Below are positions 10,151 to 17,636 of a DNA stretch of 64,000 bases, one piece after another. Each line of letters opens with the position of its first letter. Positions within the stretch are counted from its first letter, which is position 1. The position numbers were made by a program, and so were the translations under genes. This DNA comes from Chloroflexota bacterium (GTDB lineage Bacteria; Chloroflexota; Limnocylindria; QHBO01), in contig JBBPIR010000002.1 in the NCBI GenBank assembly GCA_038040195.1, positions 69,296 through 133,295 of the forward strand, read 5' to 3'. The notes beneath the pieces are model-generated. The model had not been told where the DNA came from and ran no database searches. It worked only from the letters and a program-made list of their open reading frames with translations.

Positions 10151-10408
10151 TCAGACCGATGCTTCCATTTCGGCCATCAGGTCCAGCAGGTCGGGGCCGG
10201 TGATCGGGGCCTCCAGCCGATCCACGCCGTCGACGGCGACCACTGGCACCCGTCCCGCGTAGCGCGGCAGCAGGTCCGCATCGGCCTCGACGTCGACTAC
10301 CCGGTACCCATCGGGTCCGATCAGCTCGTCGAGGAGGATGCCCGCATCGGCGCACAGGTGGCAGTTGGGCCGGACGTACAGGACCAGGACCGATGCCGGG
10401 GTCGCCAC
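10151..10408 (-). CDS. Glutaredoxin-like/thioredoxin-fold small protein with a CxxC motif.
   Basis: VLYVRPNCHLC motif. The provided ORF runs on into the tRNA-Arg gene, so the start is set at the internal GTG at 10408. Confidence 0.5.
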   Translation of the reverse strand: MATPASVLVLYVRPNCHLCADAGILLDELIGPDGYRVVDVEADADLLPRYAGRVPVVAVDGVDRLEAPITGPDLLDLMAEMEASV

Positions 10409-10438
10409 GCCGGCATCATAGGCGTACCCTCGTGGGTG

Positions 10439-10511
10439 GCCCCCGTAGCTCAGTGGACAGAGCGCAGCCGTCCTAAGGCTGGCGTCGGCGGTTCGAGTCC
10501 GTCCGGGGGCG
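10439..10511 (+). tRNA. tRNA-Arg (anticodon CCT).
   Basis: 73-nt cloverleaf. Acceptor GCCCCCG/CGGGGGC, D-arm GCTC-AGTGGACA-GAGC, anticodon stem CAGCC/GGCTG with loop GTCCTAA, T-arm GGCGG-TTCGAGT-CCGTC. CCA is not encoded. Confidence 0.8.
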
Positions 10512-10614
10512 CTCAAGTAAAGGGGACTCGAAGAACGGACGGACAGGAGCGGCCCACACGATCTGCTGTGGGTCCACCTTCCCGTCCACTACCGGCACCT
10601 TCTCGGATCACAAC

Positions 10615-10653
10615 CCGGACACCCAACCCCAACCTATGGTTGGGAGTGTCCGG
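10615..10653 (+). repeat. Inverted repeat (about 14-bp arms) about 100 bp downstream of tRNA-Arg.
   Basis: CCGGACACCCAACC ... GGTTGGGAGTGTCCGG. A possible terminator or protein-binding site between the tRNA and the next gene. Confidence 0.4.
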
Positions 10654-10773
10654 GTCCCCTAGGGGCTTCTCAGGAGGCTCTACGAAGAACTGGTCCGGGT
10701 CCTCCCCGTCATCATCGACGAGGCAGGACCGGCGGCGCACTATGAGCCGGCCATGCCACACCGGAGGCCGACG

Positions 10774-11220
10774 ATGGAAATGCGAACGAAGGATGACCCG
10801 CTGGCCGTGTTCGAGCGGCTCGTCCAGGCGCAGAACGCGCACGACCTGGAGGCGATGCTCGCGTGCTTCGATCCAGGCTACCGAAGCGAGCAGCCGGCGC
10901 ACCCTGCCCGGACGTTCACGGGCACGGACCAGGTGCGGAAGAACTGGGCGGCGCTGCTGACCGCCATCCGTGACTTCCGCGCGGACGTGCTCCGCACCGC
11001 CGTGAAGGGCGACACGCTGTGGGCGGAAGCGCATTGGTCCGGGACAAAGGCGGACGGGTCGCCTCTCCACGAGATGATCGTCACGATCTTCGGCTTGCGC
11101 GACGGCCGCATTGTTTGGGGACGCCTGTACGGCGAGGAGGTGGAGCGAGAAGGCTCCGACATCGACGAGACGGTCCGCCGGATCTCGGGCACGGGTGGCG
11201 ACGTTCCGAGCCGCGACTGA
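10774..11220 (+). CDS. SnoaL-like / NTF2-fold protein (ketosteroid isomerase-like).
   Basis: About 150-aa alpha+beta cone-like sequence. GGAGG 8 nt upstream of the ATG at 10774; the provided ORF starts earlier, at 10753. Confidence 0.55.
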   Translation: MEMRTKDDPLAVFERLVQAQNAHDLEAMLACFDPGYRSEQPAHPARTFTGTDQVRKNWAALLTAIRDFRADVLRTAVKGDTLWAEAHWSGTKADGSPLHEMIVTIFGLRDGRIVWGRLYGEEVEREGSDIDETVRRISGTGGDVPSRD

Positions 11221-11305
11221 CTCGCCACGTTCGCCGCCCGGCGCTTGGCGCGCACTCCGGCTCGGATCATGGCTCCTGTCTTGCCGCCGCCCCGACCCAT
11301 GTACA

Positions 11306-11341
11306 GGCGACCTGCCGCTTTCGTGCAGGGCACTGGTCGCC
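11306..11341 (+). terminator. GC-rich stem-loop between the SnoaL-like gene and the aquaporin gene.
   Basis: GGCGACCTGC cgctttcgt GCAGG gcact GGTCGCC. No T-tract, which is common in high-GC genomes. Confidence 0.3.
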
Positions 11342-11456
11342 ACAACCTCGGTTCCGATGGCCAGCAGGAGCTAGATGACCGGCGGCACGTCGGGTAGGAT
11401 GCGCGATCGGGTGGGCGTTCCGCAGCCGAAGGCGGCGACCCGGAGAGGAAGACCTG

Positions 11457-12119
11457 ATGCGAGACTGGGCACCAGCGCTGGTCGCCGAAGCGATCGGGAC
11501 GTTCCTCTTCTTCTTCATCGCCGCCGGCGCCGCGCTGGTCGTGACCGGTGACCCGGCCGCCGCGCTATTGGTGGTGGCATTGGCCCATGGCGTCGTCCTG
11601 GCCGTCCTGGTCTCCTCGCTGGGAGCCGTTTCAGGCGCTCACTTCAACCCCGCCGTGACACTGGGCCTGTGGGTGGCCGGCAAGATCGAGGCCGCGAAGG
11701 GGCTGGCCTACGTGGTCGCGCAGCTGCTGGGCGGTGCGGCGGCTGGGTTCGCGCTGGCCTGGTGCTTCACCGATGTCGGACCGGCTGTGCCGGCCCTGGG
11801 CCAGGGCGTGGACGTGGTGACGGGCATCGCACTGGAGGCGGTCATGACCGTGGTCCTGCTGCTGGCCGTGTTCGGCACCGCGGTCGATTCCCGCGGCCCA
11901 AAGATCGGGGGTCTGGCGATCGGCCTCGCGGTCGCGGCCGACATCCTGTTCGGCGGCACGCTGACCGGTGCGGCCATGAACCCCGCCCGCTGGTTCGGCC
12001 CGGCCGTCGCGGCCGGCGCCTTCGACAACTGGTACGTGTGGTGGATCGGGCCGTTCCTGGGCGCCCTCGCAGTGGCGCTCCTGTATCGGTACCTGCTCGC
12101 CCCGCCCGATCCGGCCTAG
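11457..12119 (+). CDS. MIP-family channel (aquaporin Z-like).
   Basis: Two NPA boxes (HFNPAVT, MNPARW) and six predicted TM helices. GGAGAGGAAG ribosome-binding site. Confidence 0.85.
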   Translation: MRDWAPALVAEAIGTFLFFFIAAGAALVVTGDPAAALLVVALAHGVVLAVLVSSLGAVSGAHFNPAVTLGLWVAGKIEAAKGLAYVVAQLLGGAAAGFALAWCFTDVGPAVPALGQGVDVVTGIALEAVMTVVLLLAVFGTAVDSRGPKIGGLAIGLAVAADILFGGTLTGAAMNPARWFGPAVAAGAFDNWYVWWIGPFLGALAVALLYRYLLAPPDPA

Positions 12120-12850
12120 AGGAAGAACTCGCCGAACAACCCTGCCAGCCGGGTGAACGCGTCGAAGAACACGAGGACCCCGACCCCCACCACCGCCAAC
12201 CCGGCCACGACCCGGATCGGTCGCTCATGGGAGCGTAGCCAGCGCAGCGCGGGGAGGATGCGCGGCAGGAAGGCGGCAGCCACCAGGAACGGTACCGCCA
12301 GCCCAGCGGCGTAGGCAACCAGCAGAACCGCCGCCGCCCCGACGTCCTGGGTGGACGCGCCCATGGCCAGGATCGCGCCGAGCACCGGTCCGATGCAGGG
12401 GGTCCAGCCAACGGCCACCAGCGACCCCAGGCCCACGGCCCGGGCCGCGCGTCCCGCGGGCAGCTCGACGCTGGGGGCAAATCCCGGGAGGCGATCCAGG
12501 ACGGGGCCCAACGCCCCGGTCATGAGGACGCCGAGGACGATGATCACGACTCCGACCAGCTGCCGGACCAGCGGGTCGCGGAAGAGAGTCGCCCCCAGCA
12601 GGCCTGCCGAAACGCCGAGCAGGACAAACACCGCGCTGAAGCCGAGCGTGAACAGCACGGCCTGGGAAAGGACCGAGCCTGAGCCGATTGCCCGGCTCCG
12701 GGCCACCGCGGCACCGGTGGCGCTTGGCGCTGGTGCGCTCACCGCAGCCTCGGCCAGGAAGGCAATGTAGACCGGCACCAGGGCCAGCACGCACGGGGTC
12801 AGGAACGAGACGACCCCTGCGGCGAACGCCAACGCCAGGCTGAGTTCCAT
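12116..12850 (-). CDS. ccdA: Cytochrome c-type biogenesis / thiol-disulfide transporter CcdA (DsbD core).
   Basis: MELSLALAFAAGVVSFLTPCVLALVPVYI with the conserved TM cysteine, and a second Cys in the TM4 region. Start set at the internal ATG at 12850; the provided ORF extends to 12916. Confidence 0.75.
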   Translation of the reverse strand: MELSLALAFAAGVVSFLTPCVLALVPVYIAFLAEAAVSAPAPSATGAAVARSRAIGSGSVLSQAVLFTLGFSAVFVLLGVSAGLLGATLFRDPLVRQLVGVVIIVLGVLMTGALGPVLDRLPGFAPSVELPAGRAARAVGLGSLVAVGWTPCIGPVLGAILAMGASTQDVGAAAVLLVAYAAGLAVPFLVAAAFLPRILPALRWLRSHERPIRVVAGLAVVGVGVLVFFDAFTRLAGLFGEFFL

Positions 12851-12854
12851 GGCG

Positions 12855-14474
12855 CTACGCCGGCTCGATGACGATGGGCTGGGCGATGATCCACAGCGAC
12901 AGGACGGTGTAGCCAATCATCAGCACCACGAGCGGCAACCCGGCCAGGATCGGGCGCCATGCCTGGTCCCGCAGGGCGAGGCGGTGGGCCAGCACCACGG
13001 CCGCGATGTGGCCGCCCACGATGGCGCCGACCGACAGGTACCAGATGAACGCGGTCGGAATGAAGTCGAGCACGGGCGCCAAGGCCAGCGGGTCGACGAG
13101 CAGGAGCGGGAGCCAGCCCAGGCCCTGGATCACCAGCGTCAGGTAGTGTGCCACCAGGTAGCCGGCGGCGATGGGCAGCAGTGTCGGGGCGTAGGTGCCG
13201 GCCACGCGGCCGAGCGAAACGCGAGCCTCGCCGCCCCCCGCGGCCTCCCCGATCAGCCGGGTGAGCCAGGCGGCCACGGCGAATGCCAGCATGAAGAGCC
13301 CGAAGATGCCGGCCAGCATTGCGATCGGGGCGAGGTAGCTGGCGGTGAGCGGACTGAACGCTTCGGCCAGCGGGGGAAAGAGGATGGTCAGGACTCCTCC
13401 GCCCAGGGATGTCTCCTGGAGCCCGTCGAAGGTGACCCCCGCCAGGGCGAGGAGAATGAAGGCCGCGTCGCCCCAGCCGGCGCGCGCCGTCTCGGTCAGG
13501 CCGGTGACCCACCAGCGAATCTCTACCCGCTGATCGCCGCCCTCGCGCGCGGCCACGCACTCGGCGCAGTCGACGCAATGGGCAGGGTTGCAGGTCTCGC
13601 TGCAGTCGGCGCACAGCTGGGTCCGTCGGGTGCGGCGGCCGAGGGGCCCGACGCGCCCGAACCAGCCATTCAGGATCTCGAACAGCTCAAACGAACGCAG
13701 CCACGCCACGTTGCCGAACACCACCATGCCGGCCAGGGTCAGGACGGTGTAGGCAGACAGCACCATGGCCAGTGGGACTGGGTTCAGCCGGTCTGGCCAC
13801 ACCAGTTCCAGGATCAGGAAAATGAACAGAATGATGACCGCCGGACCCCGGCCGAGGCGCGGCAGCGACAGGCCCAGGTCCAGGCGCCGCCCGCCGCTCG
13901 CCCGTTGGACGAGGCCATCCAGCACGTCGTAGGTGGTGCGGAACGGGCTCAACGCGGGCCACGGGTTGCCCAGGATGGCGGCGACCATGGGCACGCCGAC
14001 CCAGATCCCGATCCAGAACAGGACGGCCGGCAGGTACGTAATGCCGCCGATCAGCCAGCCAGCGGCGATGGCGCCGTACCACCACACCAGGCCAATGACA
14101 CGAAGGCCAATGCCGCCGACACGGGCCACGCGGTCCGACAACGGACGCACCGGGTAGCGTGGAGGATCCGCCGGCGGCCTCACCACCGCCACCGACACGA
14201 TGAAGGAGGCGGCCACCGCGACGGCAGCGCCCGCCAGGTACAGCCACAGCGGGACCGGGAGCGGGAACGACGAGCCGAGGGCGTGGGCGGCGACGGCGGT
14301 CGGCGTGAGCGCGGCGCCCAGGGCGGCCCACGCGGCCAGGTGCCGCCGGCTCCGCCTAAGGCTCATTGACCGTGAGGATCCCGATCTCGATCTCGCCCTC
14401 GCCCGAGCGGGCGTGGAGCTCGATGATGAACTGACCGGCCACATCTGCGCTGAACTCGAGGACGGTGGTATCAC
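12855..14474 (-). CDS. Uncharacterised polytopic membrane protein with a central six-cysteine cluster.
   Basis: More than 10 hydrophobic helices. Soluble loop with CADCSETCNPAHCVDCAEC (CxxCxxxCxxxxCxxCxxC). Conserved His in the last helices. The true start may be the ATG near 14366. Confidence 0.6.
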   Translation of the reverse strand: MIPPSSSSAQMWPVSSSSSSTPARARARSRSGSSRSMSLRRSRRHLAAWAALGAALTPTAVAAHALGSSFPLPVPLWLYLAGAAVAVAASFIVSVAVVRPPADPPRYPVRPLSDRVARVGGIGLRVIGLVWWYGAIAAGWLIGGITYLPAVLFWIGIWVGVPMVAAILGNPWPALSPFRTTYDVLDGLVQRASGGRRLDLGLSLPRLGRGPAVIILFIFLILELVWPDRLNPVPLAMVLSAYTVLTLAGMVVFGNVAWLRSFELFEILNGWFGRVGPLGRRTRRTQLCADCSETCNPAHCVDCAECVAAREGGDQRVEIRWWVTGLTETARAGWGDAAFILLALAGVTFDGLQETSLGGGVLTILFPPLAEAFSPLTASYLAPIAMLAGIFGLFMLAFAVAAWLTRLIGEAAGGGEARVSLGRVAGTYAPTLLPIAAGYLVAHYLTLVIQGLGWLPLLLVDPLALAPVLDFIPTAFIWYLSVGAIVGGHIAAVVLAHRLALRDQAWRPILAGLPLVVLMIGYTVLSLWIIAQPIVIEPA

Positions 14475-14730
14475 CTGGCGTCAGGCTGGTGGCCGGCACC
14501 TGCTCGTCGTACCCATGCAGGTGGAACACCCCGTCCGTCTCGCTGTGCAGCTCCAGGGTCACCTCTTGGCGGCGGCACACCGCCAGCGCCGAGGGGTCCA
14601 TGGCCTCGTCGGTCACGGTTGCTTCCAGGGTCACCGATGCGGCGGCGCAGGCAGCATCGCTCGGGGTGCAGCCGGCCAGGATCAGCAGGCCGGCGGCGAT
14701 CAGGGAGAGCAGTCGGGGCAGTCTCGACAT
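14356..14730 (-). CDS. Cupredoxin-fold lipoprotein lacking a Cys ligand, His-rich.
   Basis: Lipobox LLILAGC. VTLELHSETDGVFHLHGYD...GQFIIELH beta-sandwich pattern resembling CoxII/EfeO-type cupredoxin domains. Confidence 0.5.
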   Translation of the reverse strand: MSRLPRLLSLIAAGLLILAGCTPSDAACAAASVTLEATVTDEAMDPSALAVCRRQEVTLELHSETDGVFHLHGYDEQVPATSLTPGDTTVLEFSADVAGQFIIELHARSGEGEIEIGILTVNEP

Positions 14731-14744
14731 CGGGTCCGACCTCC

Positions 14745-17057
14745 TCACTCCGGTGCGGGCGGCCAATGCGAGCGAAGGAAGCTCACCAGCTCCCAGCGCT
14801 CGCCTTCCAACAGGGTAGTGCCAAATGCCGGCATCTGGGTACCGGCCACGCCGGCTGCCAGCGTCCAGGCCAGCTCCCCGTCGAGCCGCCGCGGGACAAT
14901 GCGCGCCAGGTCGTCCGGCCGGCGAATCAGGCCGCCGACCGCCGGGCCGTCACCGGCCCCATCCGCGCCGTGGCAGCTGGCGCAGTTGGCGCGGTACAGC
15001 GACTCACCGGCGGCGGCGGCCGCTTGGTCGCCCGCCAATGGGTTGACGGCCGCCCGCCAGAGGTCCGGCGGCCGGTTGGCGAAGGCGACAGCGTCGCGCG
15101 CCACGAGCGACGTTCCGATCGCGACCGCGGCCAGCAGGGCGGCGAGTCGCAGGCGCCGGCCCGGGCGCCACGGGAGTCGACCGCTGCGCATCCGGCTCCG
15201 TTCAACAGCCATCAAGGCGGCGGCGCCCGCCAGCAGACCGATCGGCAGCGCCCACCCGCCGGCTCCCGACGGCAGACCGCTGGTCGGCGCGGCGATCGCG
15301 CCCAGGATCAGGCTTCCGGTGGTCGACGGCGGGAGTGCCGCCGGGCGCAGGACCTGTCGCACGGCGAGCGGGAAGCGCACGTGGTCCTCCTCGAGCCGGC
15401 CGCGGCGGACGAGGACTTCCAGCTCCCAGGTCCCCACCACCGGCGTATACGCGCCCTGGAGCTCCCAGATCCACGGCTGGCTGCCCCTCTCGGCGAGCGC
15501 CACATCGGTTGGGAGATCGGACCCGGCCGGTGGGATGAAGCTGATGGCGACCTGGGCCACGTCGTCGCGGCCCGCGCCGGTGGTTGGGTCGCTGACCGCG
15601 AACGAGTAGAACTGCACCCCCGGCTCGGGCAGATCCACGATGCCGTGCACGCTCGACCCGCCGCCCTCGCCGTACAGGTGGGCGACGCCCAGCCGCGGAT
15701 CGACGGTCGACGGCGGGCGGTCCGTGGCCGGGGGCAGGCTGACCATGGTCACGCCCACTGCGACTGCGAAGGCCGCCACCGCCAGCTCCAAACCGACGAT
15801 TCCGGCCATCGAACGGCCGCCCCGGTTGCGAGCCAGGAAGAAGTTGGCCGCTCCGAGACCGAGCGCCAGCGATACCAGCAGGGCCTTGGCGAGCAGCAGG
15901 TTTCCGTACCCGGAGGCGGCCAGCTCCCGGGAATCGCCGACCACCAATGGTGAGTTGGCGAGCCCGGTCAGGACCACCACCGGCGCCGCGACCAGCGCCA
16001 CGCGGGCGTGCGCCTGGAGCGCGCGCCGTCCGGCCTCACCGCGCTCGCCGGTCGGGCCGCGTGCCCGCCAGCCCAAAAGCCCCAGTGCCGGCAGTGCTCC
16101 CAGCCACGCCGCAACGGCCAGCAGATGGACCGCATCGACCAGGCCAAACAGCGGGCCACCCAGCGACGCGGCATGTCCGGTGAGGCTCAGTCCAAGGATG
16201 GTGGCCGTCGCCCCCGCCCCACACAGTGCCAGGGCCGCCGTTCCGTTGCCGGTCGGGGCCGAAGCAGACCCAGCGGGTGCGGTTCGGAAGGCTCGGGCCC
16301 CGGCTACCAGGAACACGAACAGCAGGCCGATCATCGCGACCCGTATCGCGATGGCGAACGGCGTCCAGCCGAACGGCTCGGCGAAGTCGAGAAACACAGT
16401 CGGACGCCCGTCGGGCTGTCCGGGCGGCCCGAAGGCGGCGCTCGCGGCCAGCGTGAGATGGATGGCGAACGACACCAGGCCAACCGCAGCCAGCGAGGCG
16501 AGGAGTCCCCATGGGACCGGCGCGGTCATGGCGCCGATCCAGCGCCGGTGCAGGAGCCAGACCAGGATCGTGCCGACCAGCAGCAGGACGACCACGGTCG
16601 CCACCCAGCGGGCGGCAATGGCATATGGATCGGGGGGCGTGACGGGCTCTGCGGGCAGAGTTGTGGCGGGCGGTGGTCGTGTGCCCGTCGGATCCACCAG
16701 GAACGCAAACAGGCTGGCGGTGGGATGCCCGTCCACGGCCGACACGACCGCGAAATCGACCGTGTATGTGTCGGGCTCCAGGGCGGGCAGCGAGGCCGTC
16801 ACGACCTGGCGGCTGGAATCCAGGCGCGGGGTCCCGAGGCCGGCGATGGGCTGCTGCTCGGAGTTGAGGACCCGCAGGCTGAGCGAGGCCGGATCGACCG
16901 CCTCGCTGAAGAACAGCACCAGGTTGGGCGGCGACGTCGGGATCACGCTGCTGGGCGCCGGATCGGCGTCGACCAACATCGCGTGCGCGACGATCTGATT
17001 CGGCGCCAGGCTGCCGCCGGCGACCGCGAGCAGCCCGAGCGCCAATGCCCATCGCAT
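14745..17057 (-). CDS. Copper resistance/uptake fusion protein: CopC - CopD - YtkA-like domain - C-terminal cytochrome c domain.
   Basis: N-terminal AHAMLVDADPAP...YTVDFAVVSAVDGHP matches CopC. About eight His-containing TM helices matching CopD. C-terminal CASCHG heme-binding motif. Signal peptide MRWALALGLLAVAGG. Confidence 0.8.
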   Translation of the reverse strand: MRWALALGLLAVAGGSLAPNQIVAHAMLVDADPAPSSVIPTSPPNLVLFFSEAVDPASLSLRVLNSEQQPIAGLGTPRLDSSRQVVTASLPALEPDTYTVDFAVVSAVDGHPTASLFAFLVDPTGTRPPPATTLPAEPVTPPDPYAIAARWVATVVVLLLVGTILVWLLHRRWIGAMTAPVPWGLLASLAAVGLVSFAIHLTLAASAAFGPPGQPDGRPTVFLDFAEPFGWTPFAIAIRVAMIGLLFVFLVAGARAFRTAPAGSASAPTGNGTAALALCGAGATATILGLSLTGHAASLGGPLFGLVDAVHLLAVAAWLGALPALGLLGWRARGPTGERGEAGRRALQAHARVALVAAPVVVLTGLANSPLVVGDSRELAASGYGNLLLAKALLVSLALGLGAANFFLARNRGGRSMAGIVGLELAVAAFAVAVGVTMVSLPPATDRPPSTVDPRLGVAHLYGEGGGSSVHGIVDLPEPGVQFYSFAVSDPTTGAGRDDVAQVAISFIPPAGSDLPTDVALAERGSQPWIWELQGAYTPVVGTWELEVLVRRGRLEEDHVRFPLAVRQVLRPAALPPSTTGSLILGAIAAPTSGLPSGAGGWALPIGLLAGAAALMAVERSRMRSGRLPWRPGRRLRLAALLAAVAIGTSLVARDAVAFANRPPDLWRAAVNPLAGDQAAAAAGESLYRANCASCHGADGAGDGPAVGGLIRRPDDLARIVPRRLDGELAWTLAAGVAGTQMPAFGTTLLEGERWELVSFLRSHWPPAPE

Positions 17058-17079
17058 CAGGCCGAGCCGGCGGGATCGG

Positions 17080-17616
17080 TCAGTCTTCGGCAAAGAAGGG
17101 GTCGTCGCCATACACGTCCAGCCAGGATCGGCGCATCTGGCGAATCGTGGCGGTCAGCACCGATTCGGGCGTATCGGGCGGGAGCAGGGACGCGACCCGG
17201 CTGCGCACCTGCTCGCTGCTCTCGACTCCCAGCAGGCCCAAGTAGTCCGCCACCCGCTGGGCGGGCGTGCGGCCCAGGCCCCGGGTCCGCGCCAGCACCT
17301 CCGCCTCGTGCATCAGGGCCTCGGCGTATTCGCGCTCGGGTCGCTCCAGCTCCGCGAGCAGCGCCGGCACGGCGTCGATGCGCGGGTCGGAGTAGGCCCA
17401 CCGGATGAAGGAGTCGAGGGGGCCGGGCGGCCGCTCGTCGTGCCCGTGGTGGAAGCCGCGCAGGTACTGCTCGCGCTCCGCTTCGGTTCGGGTCAGCGCG
17501 ATCTGGGCGATCTGCCGCATCTCGGGCGTCCAGCGCCGGAGCGACTCGACGAACTGCCGGAGGCTGAGCGACCCGGCGGGCTGGTGCCGAAACCGGTGTT
17601 CATGAGCCTGCTCCAC
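17080..17616 (-). CDS. Hypothetical cytoplasmic protein, first gene of the copper operon.
   Basis: 178-aa ORF, co-directional and adjacent to the CopCD fusion. No recognised domain. Confidence 0.4.
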   Translation of the reverse strand: MEQAHEHRFRHQPAGSLSLRQFVESLRRWTPEMRQIAQIALTRTEAEREQYLRGFHHGHDERPPGPLDSFIRWAYSDPRIDAVPALLAELERPEREYAEALMHEAEVLARTRGLGRTPAQRVADYLGLLGVESSEQVRSRVASLLPPDTPESVLTATIRQMRRSWLDVYGDDPFFAED

Positions 17617-17636
17617 GGGCGCCTATACTACCGGCC

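Noticed and set aside
10358-10960. 200-aa plus-strand ORF spanning the tRNA-Arg gene.
   Set aside because: It contains the entire tRNA cloverleaf in-frame. Its product is low-complexity with no start context, and the real downstream gene (SnoaL-like) is in another frame.
12849-14369. 506-aa plus-strand ORF antisense to the Cys-cluster membrane protein.
   Set aside because: Its product is extremely Arg/Gly/Asp/Glu/His-rich with no hydrophobic core or motifs. The opposite strand encodes a coherent multi-helix membrane protein.
15640-17408. 452-aa and 466-aa plus-strand ORFs antisense to the CopC-CopD-cytochrome c gene.
   Set aside because: Their products are low-complexity Ala/Arg/Pro/Ser strings. 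The minus strand carries recognisable CopC, CopD and CxxCH domains.
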